Shown here: piece after piece, positions 1 through 11,500 of the stretch
Numbering within the stretch: position 1 is the first letter of the stretch
How the letters are laid out: each line of letters starts with the position of its first letter
Position numbers and translations under genes: made by a program
From: Ostreococcus lucimarinus
Taxonomy: Eukaryota
Reading direction: 5' to 3' (one strand)
Length of the DNA: 64,000 nucleotides
Assembly (NCBI GenBank): GCA_000092065.1
Contig: CP000584.1
The notes under the pieces: model-generated
The model's input: the letters and a program-made list of their open reading frames with translations, nothing else
What the model was told of the DNA's origin: nothing
Database searches by the model: none

Positions 1-1668
1 CGAGGCTTTCGCACGCTGCACCTCGAGCTCCGCGTTCAAGGCGTCAATTTCCGCCTTAAGCTTCTCTGCTCGATTCATCGCGATTTGCGTATCCTTCATC
101 GCCGACATCTTTTCATCTATAGCCGTCGCTTCGCGCTCTGCAGCTGCTTCTGCGCGCGATTCGGCGTCAGCCAGGCGCAAAGCCGACGCCCTCTCTGTCG
201 CGGTCCATGCGTCGGCGTTCTCCGTCGCCTGCAGCTGCAACGCCTCAATCTGCCGAAGCAACGGACGCGTGCTTTCGGGCATTCTCCTGAGTAACTCATC
301 GTGACTACTCTCTGCGAGCTGACAACGCTCTTCGACGGCAGCTAGATCGTTCTTGAACCTTTCCTCCTGGCGCTCCAAAGCCGCGCTCGAGCGTTGCAAC
401 GAATGTTGCAAGTCGGCGAGTTGATCCTTCAGACTCTGCTCGCGTTCGCGCACAATCTTGAGCTCGCTCGCCAAATCCTCGCTTCGCGCCACATTAGCCT
501 TGATCTCAACATCCGTTAGCTCTTCTTTCGCTTGCGCCAATTTCGATAAATAATACTCCTTTTGCTCGTTCAATTGCGTCGTCAGACGAGTCTTATCCGC
601 CACGTATTCATCGCGCGCGGCTTTCAACTCCGCCGTGAGCTTGCTGATGGACGCGCCTTTGCTTTCGAGCTCCCTGCTTAGTCCTTGATGGGCCTCTTCA
701 CGCTCTCTCAAATCTTTTCTAAGCTTTTTAATGATACCTTCCATCTCCGCCTGCTTCTTACTGAGCGCCTCGCCCTCTGCCATGACTTCGTTGATAATTT
801 CATCCTTCTCCTTGACGAGCATGTCCGCTCCAGCGCCGGCTTCGGCTTGTTTTCTAAGAGTCTTGCACTGCTCTGTGAGCTCGCGCACTCGAGCTTCGGC
901 ATCGGCGAGCGACTCTTCAGCCTGCGCCGCGCGCTCGGCGTATTCTTCCTGTTCGGCGTCCAACGACGCCCGTTGTTCCGCTCGCCTGGCGATTTCGTCT
1001 TCTCGCGCGGTGAGCTGCTTTCTCACCGCTTTAAGCTCCTTCAACGTCGCCTCTAAACGACTACCATCGATGTCGGGTTCGATTGTATCCTCGTCATCGC
1101 TCTCGTCCGCCTTATCAACCGCTTTTGGCGCCGCTTTCGGCGCCGCTTTCGGCGCCGCTTTCGGCGCCACTTTCGGCGCCGCTTTCGGCGCCACTTTCGG
1201 CGCCGCTTTCGGTGCCACTTTCGGCGTCGCTTTCGGCGTCGCTTTCGGCGCCGCTTTCGGCGTCGCTTTCGGCGCCGCTTTTTCTTTCACCTCGTGCGTT
1301 TTCTCCGTCGCCGGCGCGTTCCCCGCGACGGCGTCTCCCTCGTCCTTTGCGCTCGTCCCGCTCGTCCCGCTCGTCGTCCCCGTCCCCGTTCCCGTCCCCT
1401 CCTTCATCCCGAACGCCTCGTCCGCGCGCTGTTCGAGCTCTTTCGCCGCCTCGCTCGCCCGCTCCGCGATCGTCTCCGCCATCGCCCGCACGTCGACGCT
1501 GTTCAACTCTTGCAGCGCCTCGCTCGCCTTGGCGCTGATCGTCGTCGTGAGCGAATCGAAGCTCCACTCCTGCGTGTTCCACCCCTGGGCGACGTTCCCG
1601 AACGCGCTCGCGTACGACGTCGACGCGGCGTCGTCGACCGCGTCATCGCGCGTCGGTGCGTCGCCCAT
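1..1668 (-). CDS. Golgin-like long coiled-coil protein, N-terminal 556 codons only (3' end lies beyond window start). The N-terminal motif WSFDSL..ISAKASEALQELNSVD resembles the golgin-84/TMF N-terminal motif. The protein contains an (A/T/V)PKA repeat block
   Basis: I translated the reverse-complement frame (codons ending at coordinates divisible by 3). It is open from an ATG at 1668 through position 1 with a coherent heptad-rich sequence (...LKAEIDALNAELEVQRAKAS at the window edge). It is absent from the ORF track because there is no stop inside the window. Confidence 0.6.
   Translation of the reverse strand, partial: MGDAPTRDDAVDDAASTSYASAFGNVAQGWNTQEWSFDSLTTTISAKASEALQELNSVDVRAMAETIAERASEAAKELEQRADEAFGMKEGTGTGTGTTSGTSGTSAKDEGDAVAGNAPATEKTHEVKEKAAPKATPKAAPKATPKATPKVAPKAAPKVAPKAAPKVAPKAAPKAAPKAAPKAVDKADESDDEDTIEPDIDGSRLEATLKELKAVRKQLTAREDEIARRAEQRASLDAEQEEYAERAAQAEESLADAEARVRELTEQCKTLRKQAEAGAGADMLVKEKDEIINEVMAEGEALSKKQAEMEGIIKKLRKDLREREEAHQGLSRELESKGASISKLTAELKAARDEYVADKTRLTTQLNEQKEYYLSKLAQAKEELTDVEIKANVARSEDLASELKIVREREQSLKDQLADLQHSLQRSSAALERQEERFKNDLAAVEERCQLAESSHDELLRRMPESTRPLLRQIEALQLQATENADAWTATERASALRLADAESRAEAAAEREATAIDEKMSAMKDTQIAMNRAEKLKAEIDALNAELEVQRAKAS
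1119..1283. repeat. 12-nt tandem repeat (cgccgctttcgg-like, about 13.5 copies), encoding an (A/T/V)PKA tetrapeptide repeat in the minus-strand golgin-like gene
   Basis: Direct reading: gccgctttcggc unit iterated with g/a and c/t variants. Confidence 0.85.
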
Positions 1669-1778
1669 TCGAGGCGACGCGCGCGACGAACGCGTCGCGA
1701 TGTGTCCCGAGGCGCGCGTCGTTCGTCCGCACTGACGCGCGCGCGCGAGCGCACGAGGCCGCGTCGACGCGCGCGACG

Positions 1779-2423
1779 ATGGACGCGGTCGACGGTGACG
1801 CCGCGCGCGCCGTCCGCGGCGCGCGATTGCCCGAGCGCGCGCGCGTGACGCGCGCGAACGCCGAACGGTTGGGGACGGAGCAACAGTTTTGGTGCACGAC
1901 AAAGTGTTTCGTGCGCGACGTGCTCGAGGCGCGAGAGATCGCGATCGTGGACGACGCGAGCGATGGGGGCGAAGGCGTGGACGATGGACGGGCGAGCGAG
2001 CTGTACGAGATGCGAGGACGGGCGAGCGAGGGCGAGGGGGACGGGACGAAGGCGAGCGAGACGAAGGCGAGCTTCGTCGCGCGGCGGGTCGAAGTGTGTG
2101 GATTCGTGGTGGAGAAACGACGAAGGAAGGATTCGAAGGTGATATTTACCGTGGATGATGGGTCGGGGTGCGTGGAGTGCGTGGTGTGGACGCAAGATGG
2201 TGACGCGGTGTCGGGCGAGCAGATGGAGTTGTTCGGCATCGCGAGCACGGCGGACGGAGCGGCGGCGGTGGCGCGGGACATACGGGTCGGGAGCCTGGCT
2301 CGAGTGCAAGGGCGGATACGAGACTGGAACGGGCGTCGTCAAATCAACGCGACCGCGGTGCAAGTCGATCTCGATCCGAACGAGGAATTACTCTTCTGGC
2401 TCGACGCGTCACTCGAAATCTAG
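1779..2423 (+). CDS. STN1: CST complex subunit STN1-like OB-fold protein (small, plant-type STN1)
   Basis: ORF 1656..2423, internal ATG at 1779. The segment FTVDDGSGCVECVVW...ARVQGRIRDWNGRRQINATAVQVDLDPNEELLFWLDASLE aligns with Arabidopsis STN1 (FTIDDGTGCIPCILW...ARVRGRVGSYRGVMQITANVAVAERDPNAEILHWLECLKL). Confidence 0.55.
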   Translation: MDAVDGDAARAVRGARLPERARVTRANAERLGTEQQFWCTTKCFVRDVLEAREIAIVDDASDGGEGVDDGRASELYEMRGRASEGEGDGTKASETKASFVARRVEVCGFVVEKRRRKDSKVIFTVDDGSGCVECVVWTQDGDAVSGEQMELFGIASTADGAAAVARDIRVGSLARVQGRIRDWNGRRQINATAVQVDLDPNEELLFWLDASLEI

Positions 2424-2540
2424 TTAGTAAGAGTTTGGATTTACCTTATTGCACCAAAACTGCGAGCAAAGTCTAAGTCTCTAGTGATAGGATTCTAGTA
2501 TTTTAGCTAATTGTTGTGGTGATGTAGCCCATATCAGCGA

Positions 2541-5500
2541 TTACTCTGGTTTGAGACTCTCTGGGGAGGAGCCATTGTCTTCGTCGCTGCCAGCTCTAGC
2601 CTCTGCCCTTGACCGTCTTCGGAACACTCCTTGAGCAGACGAAAGCCAGCCAGTTAAAATACTCGCCGACGCCGTGCTGAGTGTTTTTGGACGTCTCGTA
2701 TCGAATGCCAACTCCGGATCGTCCGATGACTCAAGATCGGAAGAGCTACCAGAGTCGGAAGTGAGCGCTTGGCGTTTTGGGCCTCCGGACAGCGGCGTAT
2801 TCGCGAGGCTCATTTCCTTTTCTGCGCGCGAGCGTTGCAACCATTGACTCATCACCGAAGCAGCCACGTAAGAAACTGGTTGGCGTTCTGGTGAGGCGGA
2901 ATCACTGGACAACTGAGAAGACGAATCACCGGAATCATCCGAAAGATTCGCTTTCGGTGCAGACGGAGGCACGCTTGCGCGCATCTCTCTCGCTCTCGTC
3001 AACCAGTCTCGCATGACCATCTTTGAAGTTTGACTCATGTGCTCAGTCGTGGCGTACTTGGGTTCTGTATCAGTGTCACTTTCCGACGAGAAGTCAGTCG
3101 AAGAGAACACAGCAGTATTCGTGAGCGACGATTGTCTGTTTGCACGAAGTTGCTTAACCGCAGCCAACCAACCCGTAAGGGCGGCAGAAGAAGCTTCGGA
3201 AAGATTGACAGGCGGGAACCGTTGGAGACCAGCCTCTGTCTCACTTTCAGACGTATCAGAGAGCATGCGGAGATTTACTCCGCGTCCAGATGCTCTCGAA
3301 GCGGCGTGTGTGAGCCATATTCGCATGGCTGCTTCAGCACCCACTGATAGCTTCACTTCTCCGAAGTCTTCTTCCATATCCGAGTCTGACTCTGACATCT
3401 CACCAGCCTTCATTCTACGACGCACAGCTTTTCCGAGTTTCAGCCGCCTTGCAGTACGAGGAGATAGAATTTCTTGTAACTGATCAATGACCCAGTCCCT
3501 ATTCTTTGACATGAAAAGATGGCGGAACTGATCACTCGTGAGGTCGGCCGTCGTGACATCCATCGTTTGGAGGCTGTCGCCACCGCTATCCTCAATCACG
3601 GCTGCCATTTTAGGTACGAAAATGGAAGAAAAATCCTCATCAAGAGAATCCTCGATGATGATTTCCCCAGACGTGATCGAAGAAGTGATTCGCCAGAGGC
3701 CGAAGTGATTTGCCAAGAGGAGGGCGAGACGCTTTGCCGTGTAAGATGCGCCGAGAACCATGAGAACACAAGCCCAGAAGAGGATATCTTCAAACATGTT
3801 GTAGTTTGCTCGGAGCATCATGGAGAGAGCGAGGACGAACAAGAAAGATCCCGAGCCGCCGAGCGCAAGCACAAAGTAGAACTGACTCGAGAAGCACATT
3901 TGATCAATCGCGCGAAGACCGGGGTCAATTGATTCATCGTAAACGCGTTCGAAACCTTTCCATCGCGACGTACGATTGATGAATCGATATCGAGCGTACT
4001 TCAAATACTCGTACACCTTCCAGCCATGGAACAATTCCTGAATGTTGAAAGTTATGATGTCCATGACAATCCAGAACGGAATAATCACGACAGAGAAGAG
4101 AAGATAAATCAAAAGATCCTTCTTTCTGAAACCGTACAGGTACGACAGTCTCAGCTGGTCGTTGAAATCCCAGAAAAAGAAAATGAAGAAAGGCGTCATG
4201 TAGTTAACAGCCGTGTTTACGCCGTAAGCGGCGAGGAAGCCCATTAAATCTTCGACCAACGTATCTTCTGCATCGATTTTTTCCTCTACTTCGACGTCAT
4301 CGTCGTCACCAAAGTTAAATGGTAACAAATTCATGATGTAGTTCACGACTGCGCTGATTTTGTCTGGGAGTACGAGGGCGCAGTACGCGATGAACGCATC
4401 AAGATATACGTACTCGACCATACCCATGATAGTCTCGAAAAAGAAACCAAGGGTGAAATCTGTAAAGTCATCGGCTCCGATCGTCGCAACGCCAACGGCT
4501 GAAGCAAGTACGACCGATACTGGAGCGAGTAAGAAAGCTTCTCCCAACGCGGTTTCTATCTGCATTTCCATGATTACGTGAGCGACCTTCAAGAGGAAGA
4601 AAATGGTAAAGAACTGGACACCGAACGTATCAGTAAACGAGAACTCAATCAAGAAGACATTTGTCACGTTAACTAAGATATTCATCAAAACGAAATGACT
4701 TCGTTTCCAGACTTCTGGTTTGAACATCACTTCATCGACGTAGCGCTCGTCCTCCAATTCCTTCTCTTCTTCGTCTTTCAGTTCGGCAGGGACTAAGATT
4801 TCGGCGGCGCATCCCATCATATACATACCAGCTGTCAAAAAGCAGACTGCGTATCGACCAGCGGTCGCTTTTTCTACGACAGCTGGATCGATTTCACGGC
4901 CGATATTATCAATACTGATCGGGAACTCTGTAATGATTGGGAACGCGACAAACACGGCCCGGAGTCCGAACTGCGCTGTCGCAAACGGTAACATGCCGAG
5001 CGTGACACCCATCAGAGGTGGACCAATCATTATTCGAAGATATGGTAAGAATCGGAATCTCGGTGGTTCTTTCAATAGTGTGAAGATTCTCACGACCACC
5101 CACACAGAAAAGATCAACAACACGACGAGCATTCCGATCGCAAAGAAAAGCGCCAAGTAGAACAGGAAATCAAAAGCAAAGAAATTGAGCAAATCGAACC
5201 AACCTAGCGCTGATACCGCCACGCTAAGCGTGTAAGTACCATCGTGAGCCGTAGCGGATACGTATTCGTCCATCGTCACCGTGGCCGCGATGATTCGTTT
5301 GTCTGAGTCGGTGAATTGATAGTACAAGATCTCAAATTCAACCTTCGTCGGCATCAAACCAGCCGTCAAAACGAATCCTTCGACGGGCGCAAAAATCACA
5401 GGAATATTTTCTTGCGCCGTGATATCGGCCATGTACTTCTCTTTATTTGCGGCTGGCTCCGTCTGGTCGTTCGCCAGGGCGCTTGCTTCGAAAAGAGCGT

Positions 5501-8500
5501 CTTGACTTTCAGCCTCCGCTGTCAAGTAGAACAAGGTGTCACCCTCAGCTTCGTACCAACGCTTCTTTGCTGAAGCTTCTGTGTAGGCCTCTTCATAGAA
5601 ACAATCGATGGTTAACTCGAGCTCATCTGCAACTGCTGCTTGAACTTGCGGAGAGTATTGATTGATGAAGACTGTTTCTTCTTTTGGCACCAACGTGGTC
5701 TCACCATAACTGACAAACGTGCGATCTTCGCCAAACGTGACGGGCTTGTACGGGTTTTCAGTGAGGTGCGAAAAGAAAATATGACTGTCGAATCCGCGGC
5801 AAGCAGAAAAGAAAGGCAAGTAGTCCATCGCGAACAGCGTCTGGTCAGCCGCCCACAAACCTTCATTGAGCAGATACTTTTCTTGCTCGTACACGTCTGG
5901 AAGTGAAAGAGTGATAGTTTCGTCGGTTTGGCCATCCTCGTTCACTATCACCCAATCCTCTGCTTGCGTCGACGTTAAATCAATGTGCGCTTGGCTGGGA
6001 GAATCTTCGGCTGTTAGCACGTTTTGCTGTCGCAGATATTTGAACTTCTTCCACTCCGCACCATACGTAGAGTTGTAATCGATGGCGGCACGGGCATCAA
6101 GCCTTCTACAACCAGGATCTTGGTTAATATTGGCGCACTCGAAGTAATCGGTCGACACTGATCGATACATTGTCGAGGCCACAGGAGCATTCAAGGGCGC
6201 TTGATACTCTTCGTCAATTTCGAATGGCAAAATGGCGTGCACGGAATACGTCGGCGTTGCACTTGCACGCTCTGGAAATTCGACGTCGATGCAAATACTG
6301 TTCAAGAACGACGCACGATTATCCTCTTGATATCTACCATCCAGCATTCTCAGTTCAATTCTGAAAGGCAAATCATCCAAAGCTTGAATGGATAGTTCGT
6401 GCATACCGCGTTTCCAAACGTAGTTCCCAAAAGTTGGATTCTCAACGTTGTAGCCCGTCGCAGTACCATCGCTATTTCTCGCAAACCAGAACGGCAACTC
6501 TAAAGATTCTTGAGAAGCGGGACACTTCTTTTCCTGCTCCTCACCGGCTATGACCTTCATATTCAGCCATGTTATGCCATCGCCTACATCCCATGGCGGG
6601 CATGGCACGGACTTGTATTCGCTTGCAGGGCACAAGGTGTCATCAATCACTGGATTTGTGAAAATAAGCAGCTCGTAATGTTCGCCGTACTTCAGATTTT
6701 CGTTGATTGTCCGCCAATCAAGCCTCAATTTGGCCGTATGACCTCGAGGTAGAGTGAACTTCATCAAAGGGATATTGTTCTCGTCAACGGCGGCGATGCT
6801 GTTGTCATCTGACAGAATGAATGTCGGGTTCAGGAGTTCCCAATTTTTGTTTGTGCAACTGCCCATGCCCATGTAGTCAAATGGGTCGGTGGGTCCTGTC
6901 GCGTTTGAACTAGAAGTGTTCGTCGTATCGATCTGCAATAGAGTGCGACCTGCAGCGATTTGGCTCTCTACTTCCCGAAGCCATTCAGTGTCACGACCTG
7001 TGGCGTTGATTGTTTTGTAATATGTTTTCTCAATCAAGTCAAAACTGACGGGCATGACTCTCCAGAAAGTGATCAAATCTGCAGAGCACTCGTCCAAACT
7101 TTGTGCCGACGGAGACGACGCCGTCCCTGTGGGACATCGGTTGAGCACTTGTCCAGTTCCCGTCGGACAGAAGAAGCAAGCTTGACACGGGAACTGAGTA
7201 CGCGTAGAGTAAGACGCTCCAGCGGGACAGTAGTAACCAGCGGGACATTTGTTGAAAAATTGTGTTTCCGGAGTAGTACCCGGTCCACAGAAGTATCCGT
7301 CGGGGCACTTTTGTTCGGCAATCGATGTTCGAGCGTCGCACACGTAACCCTCCGGACACAAATCCGCTTCACCTTCTGGATCGAGTTGTAAAAGAACACA
7401 CTTGGAGGCGTCGTAAGCCTCGGTGTTGTCCGCATCGCAATAAGCAGAGTACTCGTTTAACGCAGCTGTACCTTGCCCACGAGGTTTGTTATTGCTCATG
7501 CCATCAATGGCGCACACAAGTCCTGAGTTACACGGCAAACATAACGATTCTTCGGTCAAGCCAATAGATGACGACCAGGTTCCTTTCGGACACTGACGGC
7601 ACGCAATGGAGTCCCGCGCAGAGCGGAAATAACCTGCAGGACATGCGGTTGGTTTGAATGTGCCTTCGTCGACGCACTCGTAGCCTGCAGCGCATGTTAG
7701 ACACTCCTGGAACCCTTCGTAAGGCGTATAGGTGCCCGGAAGACATGTAACGGCTGCGGAGTTACCTTGTCCAGATGTGTATGAACCGCGCGGCGCTGGA
7801 ATCGGAATGTAAGTACGTTTCGGACAGTAATGACCCTCGGTACAAGGTCTCATTGGATTATATACATCCGTCGCCGATTCAGAAACCACAGTGGAATCCC
7901 CTGTAGCCCATTCGCAGAAACTTCCTTCCTTACACGGCTGCGGTTGCTTGAAAGAACCCTCCAACACGATCGAAGTTGTTACACCCTCCGTACAGAACGT
8001 CGTGGGAGGACACGGCTTTGGTCGGAAGTTGTCAACGTTCAACGCAATTGGAGATGCATCGACAATAGCTGCCACATCAATAATTGCGAGAGGATCACGG
8101 GTGACGGTATTTTCAAGGCAGTAATGTCCGGCGGGACAACGGGTACCTGCGACGGCCAGACCTTCAGTGTCGCACACGAAGCCGGGTGTGCACACTTCGG
8201 GCGCCTCACGAGCAAAACCTGGGCAAATCGTGCCTTTTGGACATTTTTGACATGAGTCTTTGCCATAATCGGAGTTGTACTCGCCGGGAAGACATGGTTT
8301 CGGTTCGGCGTTGGCGACACCTGGACAATACATTCGCTTTGGGCATCTCAACTGCTGACCAGGAGGACAGTAATGTCCTGGAGGACACGGACCTACGCCT
8401 TGCGGTGTGATAGAACCAGGTTCACAAACATAACCGGCATAGCACTGCTGTGGAGTGGTGAAATTGTATGCGATACTCGCACTCGACACAACACCGGCGG

Positions 8501-11500
8501 TACAGTACATGCCAAATGGACAAGGTAGTGGCCGCTCGGCAACAGTGAAGTCAGTAAAGTTACTCGTTCGCGTACCCTCCAAACAATAATGGCCGGGTGG
8601 ACATAGTTTATTCGGTACAGTAAGGCCAGTAGAGTCACATACCGCACCCCTCGGACAAATGATCGGGATCATTGAGCCCGCGTCTGGCGAAATGTAGCCC
8701 ACTGGCGTTGGAAGACAGTCAGCTTGGCCGGTTCTGGGTTGGAACGTCCCTGGCGGGCATAAGGTGAAATTTTTTCCACCGCCACAGAATGCGCCTCGTG
8801 GACATAAAATGGCTTCACTTTCAGGGCAGTACGATCCAGACGGACATTGTGCGAAATGGAACAGCAGTCGCTGTTCTGAAAAGTCGACTCCATTTGTGGA
8901 GACTTCGACGAACACTGTACGAGTGCCACTTTGCTCCACGCCCGCAACACAAAGAATAGATCTGGATGACAAGAAAGTTGCTGTCGCAAGCTCTTGTCCA
9001 AATCGACACGTTAAACTGGAAGTATTGACAAAATTTGAACCAGTTATGAAAATGGGGCTTCGACTACCGCTCAGACCAACTTTCGGAATGATACCAGAAA
9101 TTTTTGGTGGAACTTGGTAGACAAACGTTGCCGTGTTGATGGTCGAAAGATCACGATCGTTCCCAGAAATGCTAATATCTGCAATTCCTAATCCTCGTGC
9201 CGGCGTGATGCACGTAAGGACGTCGCTTTGAGTGTTGTATGACGTAATTGGAAAGAAGGTGCCGATGCGGCAACTGTAACGCGCGCCATCGGTCAGGCCA
9301 TTCACAGACACCGAGAGCGTGGTTCCACCGTTCTCCGATCCTGTCTCGGGAGACACAGCGGAAATCATCAAATCGTCAATGTACTCGAACGCGGTACCGT
9401 AACTTGAAATAAAACCCGGATCGTCACGAGGAGCCATTCCAATGCCCACTCGGCGCTCAGTAGACCAAGGTGGAGTGATGCAAAGTCCAAGCGCAGACGA
9501 CACCACGTGCGCGCTTGTTTGCTCGTTGCCAAAGTAACAATAGCCAGACTCGTGCAGATTATCTCCGTCGACATGGAGTACGGTTGTTCCGCTAGCCGTA
9601 CCAATACTAGGGTGAACATTGAGAACGACAGGTGGCATGAAAACTTCAAATCCAATCGGTGTTGCAGCGTCGGGCAAAACCATGATTTCAAGAACAGTAA
9701 AACCGAATCCAGAAGGCGGCGTGTCGCAAGTGATCGTTCGCTGATCTTCAAACGTCGCCTGCGCGACCTGTCCATGTAGTTTGCAGCCTAGGTACGCGCC
9801 GTGTGGCAAGTATATTGCACTGTTGGACATCAACTTCAACGTTGTGTCTCCGGCCGCAACGCTCCTCTTCGGCGAGACAAAAGATGGGACGAGTGGAGTG
9901 AAATATTCAAAGCTACCAACCGATGCGTAATCCTTTGAGTTGTACGTCAAAGAGCCAACAACCACAGTACCATTGAGCCCAGCAGGAGAGATGCAAGTGA
10001 CAGACGTCGACGAACGCTGTTCCGAGGTGCTGATTGGACCTATAGTGCCAAACCGACAGAAGATTTCTTGTTCGGTGGCGTCTTCCGCTAAGTTTCCAAT
10101 ATGAAAAGTGAACAGATTGCCTCCGTTTTCCGACAGATATGGGTTTTCCAGACTCTGACTAAGAAAGTCGAAGTCATCCAAATATTGGAACGCCGCAACT
10201 ATCTCGGAAATATAATTTTCATCATCTCGGGGACTGACGCCAAGCGAAACCATGGGCGAATTCCCACTGAGGACAGGAGAAGTACACACACTGAGAGCGG
10301 ACGAAATGGCGTACGCTGTGGTGTTTTGATCACCGAAATGACAGAAACTTGACTCGTGCAAGTGTTCTCCGGCAACGTGGATCACGGAGGATCCACTGTA
10401 GAACCCGACCGACGGAACCATGCTTGTGACAACAGGCGGCACAAAGATGTCAAAGTCTACCCCGACGCCGTCGAGACCTATGGTAGATAACTCCACAAAT
10501 CCCGCCGAAAGAATCGGAACGGGGCAGCTGAGCGTGTATCTTACACAGTCTCTTTGATTACCGCCGGAACACGTAGATGTCCGAACAGCCTGTGACGATA
10601 GAACGGGAAATAACCCAAACATGCATCCCTTTGGCGTCGAGCTCAAACTGTGCCCGGTGGCTTCAAGGACTACGTCAGCAAGGCCCTCGTTCGAAGCTCT
10701 CCCTGGCACGACATGCATGACCGTCATATCCTCCTCGGAATAAATCAAGACAAAATTGGTAAAGTAAGAAGACGTCAAGTGAGATGACAGCCAGACCCGG
10801 ATGGCATCGGGCGACGTCGGTGAGTGCGCCGGAGTCACGAATTCAAAGCTACTTCCCGAGCTTCGCACATACATCGGGCCGATTGAGCCCACGTGTCCAG
10901 CGGGCGCATCCACCAGTTCTTCAAGTATTCCGACAGAAGTTAGCGAGGAAATTTGTATCGTGTCACCTCCAGAGGTTGCCACCGTTTCCGCGGAGATATC
11001 CAGAAGAGTCGGAGCGGGAATGTAACTGATGGACGTTGTACCCATTTCGTCGTAGTTCAAGCTTCCACCAGTATCGACGTATAACGCAATTCTTCCTTGG
11101 TTATTGGAGAAGTACGGTGACTCGCACGTCACCAAGGTCGACGAATGAACTTTTGCGGGCACATTTACGTCGCCAAAGTAGCACTGCACTGACCCACCAG
11201 CCACATCGAGCAAATCTTCACCACTGATAGTGACTAATTCACCACCAGAATTACTGATCAAAGTTGGGTATGCTGACACTAGAATCGGATCAGGTTGGAA
11301 TAAGAACAACGAATCGGTTTCATCTTTCCCAGGTGAGGCACCTAAACTTATTTGAGCGAACCCTGGGGCGTACGCGGGCATGATACACTCAGATACATAA
11401 GGATTCGTGGAGATGGACGTGGCTGAGACGAAAAATCCAGCGACGTGACACTTAATAGAAGTTTCCATTGGGTTTTCATGGAGAATACGAACAGCAACGC

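Noticed and set aside
731-1735. 334-aa plus-strand ORF and 1083..1538(+), 1115..1582(-)
   Set aside because: Out-of-frame or antisense shadows of the minus-strand golgin-like gene. The AFGA/PLSA repeats are the 12-nt repeat read in the wrong frame.
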